Below, piece by piece: positions 21,004-31,011 of a stretch of 64,000 nucleotides of DNA (its first letter is position 1; the number at the start of each line of letters is the position of its first letter). A program made the translations under genes and the position numbers. Source of the stretch: Clostridia bacterium (lineage in GTDB: Bacteria > Bacillota > Clostridia > RUG12999); NCBI GenBank assembly GCA_045633565.1, contig JAZQYO010000030.1, positions 26,075 to 90,074 on the forward strand. Direction: 5' to 3'. The notes under the pieces were generated by a model that had not been told where the DNA came from, did no database searches, and was given only the letters and a program-made list of their open reading frames with translations.

Positions 21004-22236
21004 TTGGCACAAGAAAGAGCAGTACTTGCCGGAATAGTATCCGGCAGAATAAATAATGAATTTTCCGACGATGCGACAATCTTAGAACTTGCAGAGCTCG
21101 CAAAAACCGCAGGTGCAGAGGTGGCCTCGAGTGTTTTGCAACCCAAAGAAGCGCCCGATGTTGCAACATATCTCGGCAGCGGTAAACTTGAAGAACTTAA
21201 AGAGCTTTGCGAGGTAAATGAAGCAAATCTCGTCATTTTTGACGATGAGCTGACCGGCTCACAGCAGAAAAATATAGAAGATGCGCTCGGCATACGGGTA
21301 ATCGACCGTTCAACGCTGATACTGGATATTTTTGCCTCCCGGGCAATGTCAAAAGAGGGTAAACTTCAGGTTGAACTTGCTCAGCTTAAATATATGCTGC
21401 CCAGACTTTCGGGAATGGGGCAGGCCCTGTCCAGACTTGGTGGCGGAATAGGTACAAGAGGACCCGGTGAAACAAAACTTGAATCGGACAGACGTCATAT
21501 CAGAACAAGAATATCGCACCTTCTTTCAGAGCTTAAAGAAGTTGAAAAAAGGCGTGGCTACGCCCGTGACAGACGTAAAAAAGACGGTGTTTTAACGGTA
21601 TCGCTTGTAGGCTACACCAATGCCGGCAAATCAACACTGATGAACTACCTTACCGATGCAGGCGTTTTAGCAGAAAATAAACTTTTTGCCACACTTGACA
21701 CCACCTCGCGCGCACTCACTCTGCCCGATGACAGAGAAGTGCTTTTAATTGACACGGTAGGCTTTATCAGAAAGCTGCCACACCATCTTATAAATGCGTT
21801 TAAATCCACCCTTGAAGAAGCGGTTTATGCCGATGTTATCTTGAATGTAATAGATTTTTCAAACCCCGAGTATAAAATCCATCGCGAAGTTTCGGAGGAT
21901 ATATTAACCTCGCTTGGATGCAGTGAAATTCCGAAAATCAATGTATATAACAAATGTGACCTTGCAGATGGAACATATAAATCGGATGAGGACAATATTT
22001 ATGTTTCGGCTGCATCGGGGCAGGGGATAGAAGAGCTTTTAAAACTTATTGCCATTAAAATTCCTTATCCGTTCAAAAGAATGAATCTTATGATTCCTTA
22101 TGATAAAACAGGCCTTGCATCTTCAGTGAGAGATGACGGGAAGCTCATTTCCGAGGAATATCTTGCGGACGGTATTAAAATTACGGCTGATATAGACGGG
22201 AAAGCGGTGCATAAATATGAGCAGCATAGAATATAA
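21004..22236 (+). CDS. hflX: Ribosome-splitting GTPase HflX
   Basis: GGGIGTRGPGETKLE, GYTNAGKST, LFATLD, DTVGFI, NKCD; probable TTG start at 21004 after GAGGTGA. Confidence 0.96.
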   Translation: MAQERAVLAGIVSGRINNEFSDDATILELAELAKTAGAEVASSVLQPKEAPDVATYLGSGKLEELKELCEVNEANLVIFDDELTGSQQKNIEDALGIRVIDRSTLILDIFASRAMSKEGKLQVELAQLKYMLPRLSGMGQALSRLGGGIGTRGPGETKLESDRRHIRTRISHLLSELKEVEKRRGYARDRRKKDGVLTVSLVGYTNAGKSTLMNYLTDAGVLAENKLFATLDTTSRALTLPDDREVLLIDTVGFIRKLPHHLINAFKSTLEEAVYADVILNVIDFSNPEYKIHREVSEDILTSLGCSEIPKINVYNKCDLADGTYKSDEDNIYVSAASGQGIEELLKLIAIKIPYPFKRMNLMIPYDKTGLASSVRDDGKLISEEYLADGIKITADIDGKAVHKYEQHRI

Positions 22237-22867
22237 AACCATAAAAAACCGCGGCTTTGCCGAATATGAGGACAGAAAATCCCGTTTTATTGCCAATGTT
22301 TATCCTGTGGAAACAGAGGAAAAGGCGCTTGAGTTTTTAAATGCCGTCAAGAAAAAATATTCGGACGCAAGGCATAATGTTTACGCCTATGTGGTGAGAG
22401 AAAATAATATCCAAAGATATAGCGACGACGGTGAGCCGTCGGGCACGGCAGGTATGCCCGTCCTTGATGCCATAAGAAAACGGGGACTGACAGATATGAT
22501 AGTTGTGGTAACCCGATATTTCGGCGGAACTCTGCTCGGTACTGGCGGCCTTGTTCACGCCTACGGCAAAAGTGCCTCCGAGGGCATTGAAAATGCACAG
22601 CCCGTAACGAGAAAACTGTGCGACATTTTCTCTGTCACGGCAGATTATACCATGTCCGGAAAAATAGAATACTCGCTTAAAGAAAGCGAGTACATAATTG
22701 AAGATATAGCCTATACCGATGCGGTGACTTTCACCGTCTGCGTCCCGTCAGGCGATGGAGAAAAATTTGTAAAAGAAATAACCGAAATATCCCTCGGGAA
22801 TGCAAAAATGAAGAGAATTGGGAAAAAATTTGTGGATGTAGAAAATATCAACGAAAAATCTAAATGA
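22217..22867 (+). CDS. yigZ: YigZ/IMPACT family protein
   Basis: SRFIA, ARHNVYAY, SDDGEPSGTAGMP, VVTRYFGGTLLGTGGL. Confidence 0.93.
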   Translation: MSSIEYKTIKNRGFAEYEDRKSRFIANVYPVETEEKALEFLNAVKKKYSDARHNVYAYVVRENNIQRYSDDGEPSGTAGMPVLDAIRKRGLTDMIVVVTRYFGGTLLGTGGLVHAYGKSASEGIENAQPVTRKLCDIFSVTADYTMSGKIEYSLKESEYIIEDIAYTDAVTFTVCVPSGDGEKFVKEITEISLGNAKMKRIGKKFVDVENINEKSK

Positions 22868-22897
22868 AAAAAGCATCGTTTTCAAAACGATGCTTTT
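22867..22897. terminator. Bidirectional terminator
   Basis: AAAAAGCATCGTTTT-C-AAAACGATGCTTTT inverted repeat between convergent genes. Confidence 0.75.
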
Positions 22898-22911
22898 ACA
22901 TTTTTACACCA

Positions 22912-23499
22912 TTAGTTTCCACAGAGCGTAGGGTGATGGAAAATGGTATTCAAACCAGTAGGAAAACAGAGAAGTGAAGCCGAATCTTTCGAACGAATAG
23001 ATTTTTTGCCTTTTTCTATTGCTATGTATGATATGTTTTCCATTGTACCTGGGAAACACTCAAAATGTCCATTTTTATGCGGATTGAAAGTCCCTTCAAC
23101 AACCATATATTTACCTCGGTGGTCAATAAGATCTTCCAAATTAACTCCGAATTCTGACTTAAGCCCTGTGTCATTGAGCCATATGGCGTTTGCCAGATAT
23201 TTATGACCTTCAGAAAGAGAGGGGTTAATATAAGCATTGCGAGAAGGGTAGAGAGCGATATCTTCGAGGTCATAGCTGAAAATGCCCCTGACTCTGACGT
23301 ATTTTCCGTCATAATTTTTGGGATTTTCAATGAGATCTTCCAGAGAAACTTCCATAGCCAACGTTGAAGAAGTTCCATAACTGATTTCGATGTTGGGCAG
23401 AATAATTGCAGTTATTACGACGGTTATTAATGTGGCAACAATGATAAAAGAAACAAAACTGCCTAAAATGATAAGAATACGCTTTAATGTTTTATTCAC
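22912..23499 (-). CDS. Membrane-anchored hypothetical protein, possible OB-fold extracellular domain
   Basis: One N-terminal TM helix, then VSLEDLIENPKNYDGKYVRVRG...NAIWL...GKYMVVEGTF; GGGAGG RBS. Confidence 0.65.
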   Translation of the reverse strand: MNKTLKRILIILGSFVSFIIVATLITVVITAIILPNIEISYGTSSTLAMEVSLEDLIENPKNYDGKYVRVRGIFSYDLEDIALYPSRNAYINPSLSEGHKYLANAIWLNDTGLKSEFGVNLEDLIDHRGKYMVVEGTFNPHKNGHFECFPGTMENISYIAIEKGKKSIRSKDSASLLCFPTGLNTIFHHPTLCGN

Positions 23500-23516
23500 A
23501 CAAACTACCTCCCTTT

Positions 23517-24533
23517 TTAATACCTTCCTGAAGTAATGTCCGCCACCAGCATTTCAAGTGCCTGCCAATCAGAGCTTTCGCCCGATTTTATGGAGTAGTC
23601 GGCGGCAAGGCATTTATCTATGAGGTTTTTTGCCCGGTCGGCGGTGAGCCGTCTTGCCTGAGCAATATATTTTTGTGCAATAAATGGCTTAAGTCCGAGT
23701 TGTGCGGCTATGTCGTTTGAACCTGCATCAAGCAGGACTCTTGTTTTGCCAAGCATACACGCCTGTCTTCCTATGAGAACCAGAATTTTAACGGGTGCCT
23801 CTTTTAAAATTTTCATTTCCTCAAGCATTGGTAAAACAAGGTTTGCCCTACCTTCAATCATAGCGTCAAGCATTTCAAAAACTCTGCTTTTGAGCGATTT
23901 TTTAACGATAGCATCCACGTCATCTTCGGTGACCTCTTTTTTGTCCATTGCAAAGGCGATGAGTTTGTCCATTTCGGCATTTACGCTTGTCAGACCTTCG
24001 TCACAGGAGAAGACAAATTTGCTTAAAACATCAGGAGTAACCGAGATACCTGCTTTTGCAAAGGCTTTGCCGCAGTAGGTAACAAGCTCGGCATGGGTTT
24101 TATATTTAAACTCAGCGAAAATACCTGCAGTTTTTGCTTTCTTTAAAAGTCCGCTTCTGCCGTCAATTTCGTCCTCGTCAAAAACTATGCTTAAAAAGTC
24201 GGGCAGGTTATCAAAAAGCTCGGTAAAAATCTTTTTCTGCGATTCTGAAGCGGATTTAAAAATACCGCTGTTTTTCACAACTATCAGCTTTTCCTCCGAC
24301 ATAACAGGCAGAGCTTCTGCGGCTTGGGAAATCTTTTCGGCAGGGGTTTCCTTGCCATCAAAAACATGCATATTAAGCTGAAAAAGAGGGTCCTTTTCAA
24401 AATGCTTTATAAAGGCATCCACAGCAGCTTTGCGAGCAAAATCCTCTTCACCGGTGAAGAGGAAAAGCCCCTTAAAATCAGCCGCGGAAATTTTTTCTTT
24501 TATCAGTTTTGTATTATCACTAATCTGCTTCAT
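23517..24533 (-). CDS. holA: DNA polymerase III delta subunit
   Basis: LFLFTGEE, EALPVMSEEKLIVV, EMDKL, VFEMLDA, ADYSIKSG; follows comEC. Confidence 0.9.
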   Translation of the reverse strand: MKQISDNTKLIKEKISAADFKGLFLFTGEEDFARKAAVDAFIKHFEKDPLFQLNMHVFDGKETPAEKISQAAEALPVMSEEKLIVVKNSGIFKSASESQKKIFTELFDNLPDFLSIVFDEDEIDGRSGLLKKAKTAGIFAEFKYKTHAELVTYCGKAFAKAGISVTPDVLSKFVFSCDEGLTSVNAEMDKLIAFAMDKKEVTEDDVDAIVKKSLKSRVFEMLDAMIEGRANLVLPMLEEMKILKEAPVKILVLIGRQACMLGKTRVLLDAGSNDIAAQLGLKPFIAQKYIAQARRLTADRAKNLIDKCLAADYSIKSGESSDWQALEMLVADITSGRY

Positions 24534-26823
24534 AAACTGCCCTCATATTTCCAAATAAATCTATAGTGAATTTTATATCGCCAAGCTTATCTGTTCTTAA
24601 AATTGTTGTCCCCGAATTCTCAAGCCTTTGGAGCGTCTGGTCGTGCGGATGACCGTAGAAGTTGTCCCTGCCGGCACTTATGACGCAATAATCGGCAGAA
24701 ACCTTTTTCAAAAACGCATCCGAGGTCGAGTCCCTGCTGCCGTGATGGGAAACTTTAAGCACGTCGGCATCAAGAGAACTTCTGCTTTTAATTATAGCAC
24801 TTTCTGCCGTCGAGTCAATATCTCCGGTGAACAAAAATTTGTTATTTTTTATATTCATGCTTAAAACAAGACTGCCGGAATTTTCATCAGACGGAGGAAA
24901 GCTTTTTAACGGGGAGATTATACTGGTTGATATGCCGCCGAAATCATAACTGTAGTAGCTACCGGCAAACTCCACATCAGCGCCGGAAAGGGTCGCAATT
25001 TCGCAAAGCTCGGCAACTTTTTCGCCAAACATATCATACTGTGGCAAGACCACCTTTCGAGTGGGAAAATTTTTCAATATATCGCCCAGAGCTCCGCAGT
25101 GGTCGGAGTCAGGGTGAGATATGAAAATTACATCAAACCTGTTTATGCCTTCCGACCTTAAAGCCGACATAGTGGTAAAACCGTCCGGACCTGCATCAAC
25201 CAAATATCTGCCTCCACCGGCTGCTTTTATCAATGCGCAATCTCCCTGGCCTATATCAAAAAATGTTACGGAATAGGTAAGATGTGAAGCCACAGAAGAC
25301 AAGGTGAGAATACATAGGGAAACATAAAAAGAAATTTTACCCAATTTGCCCCATTTTCTTCCGGTTAAAGCCATATAAAGTAGTATGACAAAAACGAAAA
25401 AACAAAGAATGGTAACAGTAGTGGGAGATTTTACACTTATGTATGAAAATGGGATTTTTGAAATAAATCTGCTGCAGAATAATATTACTTTTATTAAAAA
25501 TCTTGGAATAAAAGCAAAAACTATTCCAACTCCGGGCAAAAGCGTTAAAGCAGATGAGATAAAAACAATGCTTACCAGTGGAACCACCAGAATGTTTGTT
25601 ATTACTGATAAGGTGCTTATGCCGTTGAACATATATGCAAGTACCGGAAGTGTTAATATTGAAGCAGACAGGGTTGCAGATGCAGTAATTTTTATTTTGC
25701 CGGGGATAAACCGTGGCAGTTTTTCGTTTAATGGTTTTGTAAAAATAAGTATTCCTGCAAGTGAGGTGTAGGATAAAAGAAAGCTTGCGCTTAAAACAGT
25801 ATATGGGTTAAGCATCAGGATAATGGCAGCTGACAGGAAAAAGCTTGTGGGCATATCCTCTTTTCTGTCAAAAACAGATGCTAAAAGGGTGCAGATAAGC
25901 ATAATTCCTGCACGGGTTACCGATGGAGAAAATCCGGTCAAAGTCATGTAAATAACAACCAGTATTATTCCAAAAACATTTCTTAACTTGTAGTAAAGCC
26001 GGGTTTTGCCTGCTATCAGAAAAAAGAATCCTATCAGGATGGAAAGGTGCATTCCCGACACGGCAACAATATGGCTTATGCCACTTCTCATAAAGACATC
26101 TGTCATTTGGTCAGAAAAACCCGATTTGTCACCTAATAAAATTGCAGCGGCAACCTCGCCCTCCTCGCCACCTATTCTCAGACGTATTTTGTCTGATATG
26201 CTGTTTGAAAACTCCCTCATTTTATCATATAAACGCGGAGCTCCTTCGGCGACCGACAATTTGTCAGACGAAATAAAGAAGGAAGAAGTTATATTTTTGG
26301 TGTGCATATAAAGCTTTGAATCAAACCCGTGAGCTCCGGTGCGCTTGGGGGCACGAAAAAGTGAAGAAAAAGAAACTTTGTCACCAACAGAAAACTCTTT
26401 TTCAAAATCTGTGTAAATGAGGAAATTCAGCTTTTTGTCTTCGGTTTTGCCTAACGCAGAAACAGAGTCGGAATAAAGTGTTAAACACTGTTTGCCACTT
26501 GAAGTGGCAGAGATGCCGCTTATTTGCCCTGTAATGGTGACATATCTGCCGGTATAGCGTTCTGAGATACTGTTGTTTGATTTTTCTGCAAAGTAAAAGT
26601 GCACTGTTCCACCTATAAGAGAAATGCAGGTAAGGATAATAATGAACAGATGAGGTGTCTTTTTAAGTATAGCAGTCACAATAACAGCAATAACTGCTGC
26701 GCCAATCATTAAAAGATTAGGCGAAAACAGAGCAGATAACAATATACCAAACACATAAGCGGCACTAATATAGCACAGTATCCTTGCTGTAATACGGTTT
26801 TCTTTTGATGGCACCAAAGACAC
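24520..26823 (-). CDS. comEC: DNA internalisation competence protein ComEC/Rec2
   Basis: HIVAVSGMH competence domain, multiple TMs, SFLLSY, metallo-beta-lactamase domain (FDIGQGD, SHPDSDH, KVSHHGS). Confidence 0.93.
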   Translation of the reverse strand: MSLVPSKENRITARILCYISAAYVFGILLSALFSPNLLMIGAAVIAVIVTAILKKTPHLFIIILTCISLIGGTVHFYFAEKSNNSISERYTGRYVTITGQISGISATSSGKQCLTLYSDSVSALGKTEDKKLNFLIYTDFEKEFSVGDKVSFSSLFRAPKRTGAHGFDSKLYMHTKNITSSFFISSDKLSVAEGAPRLYDKMREFSNSISDKIRLRIGGEEGEVAAAILLGDKSGFSDQMTDVFMRSGISHIVAVSGMHLSILIGFFFLIAGKTRLYYKLRNVFGIILVVIYMTLTGFSPSVTRAGIMLICTLLASVFDRKEDMPTSFFLSAAIILMLNPYTVLSASFLLSYTSLAGILIFTKPLNEKLPRFIPGKIKITASATLSASILTLPVLAYMFNGISTLSVITNILVVPLVSIVFISSALTLLPGVGIVFAFIPRFLIKVILFCSRFISKIPFSYISVKSPTTVTILCFFVFVILLYMALTGRKWGKLGKISFYVSLCILTLSSVASHLTYSVTFFDIGQGDCALIKAAGGGRYLVDAGPDGFTTMSALRSEGINRFDVIFISHPDSDHCGALGDILKNFPTRKVVLPQYDMFGEKVAELCEIATLSGADVEFAGSYYSYDFGGISTSIISPLKSFPPSDENSGSLVLSMNIKNNKFLFTGDIDSTAESAIIKSRSSLDADVLKVSHHGSRDSTSDAFLKKVSADYCVISAGRDNFYGHPHDQTLQRLENSGTTILRTDKLGDIKFTIDLFGNMRAVYEAD

Positions 26824-26982
26824 CCCTCCTCAGATATTGACTCTATTATACAATAATTGCAAATTTAAATCAATGTAAAATACAATCTTGAATTTTTAAG
26901 AAAAAATTTCTTGAAAAAGCGGACGAGTTATGATAAAATAATAATCCAAGCAGAAAACTAATCTGCTCAATGAAATTTTAGG

Positions 26983-28104
26983 ATGGTGTATACGTTGGAT
27001 GCGATTTTTGGGAATATACTGGCAATTACCTGGCAGCAGGTGGTAATGTGGCTTATCGGAGGCATACTTATTTACCTTGCAATTAAAAAGGATATGGAAC
27101 CGACACTTCTTCTTCCTATGGGCTTTGGTGCAATTTTGGTAAATCTTCCTTTGTCGGGCGCAGTAACTCAAGGCGCTGAAGAGGGTGTTATTGATGTTCT
27201 TTTCGGTGCAGGAATAGCTAATGAGCTTTTTCCGCTGCTTTTATTTATAGGCATCGGCGCAATGATAGACTTTGGACCGCTTTTGTCAAACCCAAAGCTT
27301 ATGCTTTTCGGTGCAGCAGCACAGTTTGGTATCTTTATGACCTTAAGCCTTGCAACACTTATGGGATTTGACATTAAAGACGCTGCTTCAATTGCAATTA
27401 TCGGTGCGGCGGACGGCCCGACATCAATATTTGTGGCAAACTACTTTAAAACAGAATATGTAGGTGCAATTGTTGTTGCGGCATACTCGTATATGGCGCT
27501 TGTACCAATAGTTCAACCGCCGGTTATAAAGCTTTTAACCACCAAAAAGGAAAGAATGATTCGTATGCCATATAACCCTAAAAAGGTTTCAAAACTTACG
27601 AAAATTTTATTCCCGATTGTCATTACGGTTATTACGGGCATTGTTTCGCCAAAGAGCGTATCCCTTATCGGATTTTTGATGTTTGGCAACCTTATCAGAG
27701 AATGCGGAGTTTTAAACAACCTTTCGGAAACGGCGCAAAAGTCGCTCGCTAACCTTGTAACAATCCTTCTTGGCATTACAATTTCTACAAAAATGCAGGC
27801 AGCGGCTTTCTTAAAAGCAGAAACTCTGATGATTATAGCTCTTGGGCTTGTAGCGTTTATTTTTGACACTGCAGGCGGAGTTGTTTTTGCAAAATTCTTA
27901 AACCTTTTCTCCAAAAAGAAAATTAACCCCATGATTGGTGCTGCAGGCATTTCTGCTTTCCCCATGTCATCAAGGGTTGTCCATAAAATGGGACTTGCTG
28001 AGGATAATCAGAACTTCCTTCTGATGCACTCGACAGGTGTTAATGTGTCCGGACAGATAGCATCTGTTATAGCAGGCGGACTCATCTTAAATCTCATTCA
28101 CTAA
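26983..28104 (+). CDS. Na+-translocating decarboxylase beta subunit (OadB/GcdB/MmdB family)
   Basis: EPTLLLPMGFG, IGAMIDFGPL, IGAADGPTSI, AAYSYMALVP, GAAGISAFPM. Confidence 0.93.
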   Translation: MVYTLDAIFGNILAITWQQVVMWLIGGILIYLAIKKDMEPTLLLPMGFGAILVNLPLSGAVTQGAEEGVIDVLFGAGIANELFPLLLFIGIGAMIDFGPLLSNPKLMLFGAAAQFGIFMTLSLATLMGFDIKDAASIAIIGAADGPTSIFVANYFKTEYVGAIVVAAYSYMALVPIVQPPVIKLLTTKKERMIRMPYNPKKVSKLTKILFPIVITVITGIVSPKSVSLIGFLMFGNLIRECGVLNNLSETAQKSLANLVTILLGITISTKMQAAAFLKAETLMIIALGLVAFIFDTAGGVVFAKFLNLFSKKKINPMIGAAGISAFPMSSRVVHKMGLAEDNQNFLLMHSTGVNVSGQIASVIAGGLILNLIH

Positions 28105-28118
28105 AGGAGAATTGCGAT

Positions 28119-28247
28119 ATGAATATGACTGACTTTTTATATAGCCTGTCCGTTATGGGACAGGGTATGCTTGGAATTTTTGTTGTAACACTTGTGATTA
28201 TTCTGGCGATATATCTGCTTAGCAAGGTTGATGCAAAGGACGAATAA
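28119..28247 (+). CDS. OadG-related small membrane subunit (42 aa), missing from the ORF track
   Basis: Hand translation MNMTDFLYSLSVMGQGMLGIFVVTLVIILAIYLLSKVDAKDE; AAGGAG RBS; MGxGMLGIF plus one TM helix directly after the beta subunit. Confidence 0.8.
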   Translation: MNMTDFLYSLSVMGQGMLGIFVVTLVIILAIYLLSKVDAKDE

Positions 28248-28254
28248 AGAAATT

Positions 28255-28280
28255 AAAGCGGAGCTTACAGGCTCCGCTTT
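28255..28280. terminator. Inverted repeat between convergent genes (overlaps the desulfurase stop)
   Basis: AAAGCGGAGC-TTACAG-GCTCCGCTTT. Confidence 0.6.
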
Positions 28281-29386
28281 ACTATTTTGTTTACTGCATA
28301 AACAAATTGCTCTGCGTGAGAAAACTTTGAAAATGCTCCGGGGCTTACACGGACAGTACCTGTTTCTAAGGTTTTAAAGGTTTTGTGTGCAGCCGGTGCA
28401 CAATGAAGTCCGCAGCGGACAGATATTCCAAACTCACGGTCTAAAATATTACCCATTTCCACCACATCCACGTTATCGCAGTAGAAACTTATGCACGGCG
28501 TACGATTTTTATTTTCGGGGAAAAGCAAGTGTACGCCGGGGATGTTCATAAGCTCATCTACCATATATTCTGTCAGATTTGATTCGTGGGCATGGATGCT
28601 TTCCATACCTCTTTTTTTTATATAATTACAACTGTATCCAAGGGCAAGGATCCCCGGGATATTTAAAGTGCCGCTTTCAAAACGGTCGGGCAAATCCTCA
28701 GGCTGAAAAGGAAGCTCGCTGCGGGTACCTGTTCCGCCGGCTGTAAGCGGGCGGAGAGAGTATTTTTCGGGAATGTAAAGTACACCTGTGCCCTGAGGTC
28801 CCAAAAGACCTTTGTGCCCGGCGCAGGCAATCATTGCTTCCCATGAAGCCTTAAGAGGAATATGCCCTGCGCTTTGAGAAGCATCTATAAGCAGTGGTAT
28901 TTTGCGCTTTTTGCAATAATCGGCAGCAAAATCCATGTTGTTTATAACCCCGCTTACATTTGAAGCGTGATTTAAAACCACAAGTGCAGGGGATGGGTAT
29001 TTTGTAAGTGCGGTAACATCAGTCGCTCCGTCGCTTAAAAGAGGAAGGGTTATTATATTGCAGCCGAGCATATTTAAGGGGCGCATAACTGAATTGTGCT
29101 CCACCGGGGACACAATGACGCTGTCGCCCCGACTGAGAATACCGTAAATGGCGGTGTTTAACGCCTCAGTAGCATTTTTTGTGAAAATAATTTGTTCCGG
29201 AGAAGAGGCGCCTAAAAGTTCTGCAAGCATCAGACGGACACTTAGGACATCTTCTGCATTTTTTATTGCTGACCAGTAACCGCCTCTGCCAAAGCTTCCG
29301 CTTCGGGTGGCTGTCAACTCGGACATATATTCCACCATGCCGCGCGGCTTTGGAAAAGATGTTGCTGCATTATCAAGATATATCAT
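28265..29386 (-). CDS. Cysteine desulfurase family PLP enzyme (aminotransferase class V)
   Basis: IYLDNAATS, EHNSV, HASNVSG, DASQSAG, AGHKGLLGPQGTG (PLP Lys), RCGLHCAP (catalytic Cys). Confidence 0.9.
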   Translation of the reverse strand: MIYLDNAATSFPKPRGMVEYMSELTATRSGSFGRGGYWSAIKNAEDVLSVRLMLAELLGASSPEQIIFTKNATEALNTAIYGILSRGDSVIVSPVEHNSVMRPLNMLGCNIITLPLLSDGATDVTALTKYPSPALVVLNHASNVSGVINNMDFAADYCKKRKIPLLIDASQSAGHIPLKASWEAMIACAGHKGLLGPQGTGVLYIPEKYSLRPLTAGGTGTRSELPFQPEDLPDRFESGTLNIPGILALGYSCNYIKKRGMESIHAHESNLTEYMVDELMNIPGVHLLFPENKNRTPCISFYCDNVDVVEMGNILDREFGISVRCGLHCAPAAHKTFKTLETGTVRVSPGAFSKFSHAEQFVYAVNKIVKRSL

Positions 29387-29392
29387 ATTCGG

Positions 29393-29650
29393 TCACCTGA
29401 AACTTATATATTCTTTTCCGTCCAAACGGAATATATTTTTAATTTTTACTCCTAAGGCATCGGCAGCTTTCTCGGAGACAGGCAGAGCGTCAACCGTGGT
29501 TCTGACACTGTAACTGCAGCCGTTTTTTGTTAGGCTTTTGGGAGTCTGGACAACTTTTGCAGGAAACCCTTTTTTTGTAAGCTCGTTTTTAATTCTCGTT
29601 GCTGTTGTTGCGGAGGAAAAAGTAATCAGAAGTCCTGTTATATTAATCAC
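29393..29650 (-). CDS. DUF3343 family small protein
   Basis: LITFSS...P.SL...GCSYS pattern; start codon uncertain (the GTG overlaps the AAGGAG RBS). Confidence 0.75.
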   Translation of the reverse strand: MINITGLLITFSSATTATRIKNELTKKGFPAKVVQTPKSLTKNGCSYSVRTTVDALPVSEKAADALGVKIKNIFRLDGKEYISFR

Positions 29651-29742
29651 TCCTTTGACTTAAATAGATGCCTACACGATATTATATGAGAAAAATATTC
29701 ACTGCGTCCCTTGAAAAAAAGTGAAAAAACCATTTTTGTTGT

Positions 29743-29771
29743 TTGACAAAAGAGGAAAAATGTAGTATAAT
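29743..29771 (+). promoter_or_regulatory. Sigma-A promoter of the carD-ispD-ispF-proS-mrp operon
   Basis: Perfect TTGACA-N17-TATAAT. Confidence 0.8.
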
Positions 29772-29817
29772 TAGAATAGAAATTTTTGCTTTTAGCAAGA
29801 GAGGGGATCCGAAATAA

Positions 29818-30315
29818 ATGTATAATATCGGAGACAAGGTAGCCTATCCAATGCACGGTGCAGGGATTATTGAGGCTATTGAGCAGAGAGAAGTGCTTGG
29901 TGAGGTAAATGAATATTATGTACTTCGTATGCCCTATGACGATATGAAGGTTATGTTTCCGACGACAGGTGTCGCTGCCGACAGTGTCAGAAACATAATC
30001 GATACGGAAGAAGCGGATCGTGTTATTGAATTTTTCAAAACCTTTTTTGAAACCAGCACCGATAACTGGAACAAGAGATACAGAGAAAATTCAATGCATA
30101 TCAAAAGCGGTAATATCTACGAAACAGCACAGGTTGTCAAAATGCTCATGTACAGAGATAAATCAAAAGGACTGTCTTCGGGCGAGAGGAAAATGCTTGC
30201 CAGCGCAAAACAGATTATGATAAGTGAGATTGTTCTTTCGAAAAACATGCAGCAGAAAGAGGTTGAAGAGCTTCTTACAGATATTGTGCTGAGCCAGATA
30301 AAAGAGGGTGCATAA
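29818..30315 (+). CDS. carD: CarD/CdnL family transcriptional regulator
   Basis: IGDKVAYPMHGAGII, NWNKRYR, LSSGERKML. Confidence 0.93.
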   Translation: MYNIGDKVAYPMHGAGIIEAIEQREVLGEVNEYYVLRMPYDDMKVMFPTTGVAADSVRNIIDTEEADRVIEFFKTFFETSTDNWNKRYRENSMHIKSGNIYETAQVVKMLMYRDKSKGLSSGERKMLASAKQIMISEIVLSKNMQQKEVEELLTDIVLSQIKEGA

Positions 30316-30318
30316 ACT

Positions 30319-31011
30319 GTGATATGTGCAGCAATTGTTGCGGGCGGCAACGGCTCACGTATGGGGGCTGACCTTCCGAAGCAGTTTCTTGAAATTTCAG
30401 GAAAACCGGTAATAATTCATACGGTTTTATGTTTTTTGGGAAAGGTTGACAAAATATGTATTGCATGCCACGGTGACTATGTTGACTATATGAAAAAATC
30501 GCTTGAAAAGCATGGCATTTTAGATGCTGATGTTATTCCGGGCGGAGCTGACAGGATGGAAAGTGTCAGCAGGATAGCAGAGCATTTTCTGAGTGGCGGT
30601 GCATGGGAGCAGGACATAATACTTACCCACGACGGGGTAAGACCTTTTGTATCCGATAAAATGATAAATGACAGTATAGAAAATGCCCGCACGGGGCATT
30701 TTTGCACTGTTGCGATAAATTCAACAGATACTGTATGCATCTCTGCAGATGGTGAAAATATAGACTGTGTTCCCGAAAGAAGGGGTGTTTTTAATATTCA
30801 GACGCCACAGACTTTTACTTTGGGGAAACTTGCGGAAATGCTTGGAAAGTGTGAAACCCCGGGGGGATATACAGACCTTTGCGGACTTGCACTGGCTATG
30901 GGAGAAAAGGTTAAAATAGTTGAAGGCAGTCCTGAAAACATAAAAATAACCGTCCCGGCAGACCTTGCGGTTGCCGAGAAGATTCTGGAGAGAAAATATG
31001 AGAATAGGTAA
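30319..31011 (+). CDS. ispD: 2-C-methyl-D-erythritol 4-phosphate cytidylyltransferase (IspD/TarI family)
   Basis: [36 protein letters not shown]; upstream of ispF. Confidence 0.85.
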   Translation: MICAAIVAGGNGSRMGADLPKQFLEISGKPVIIHTVLCFLGKVDKICIACHGDYVDYMKKSLEKHGILDADVIPGGADRMESVSRIAEHFLSGGAWEQDIILTHDGVRPFVSDKMINDSIENARTGHFCTVAINSTDTVCISADGENIDCVPERRGVFNIQTPQTFTLGKLAEMLGKCETPGGYTDLCGLALAMGEKVKIVEGSPENIKITVPADLAVAEKILERKYENR

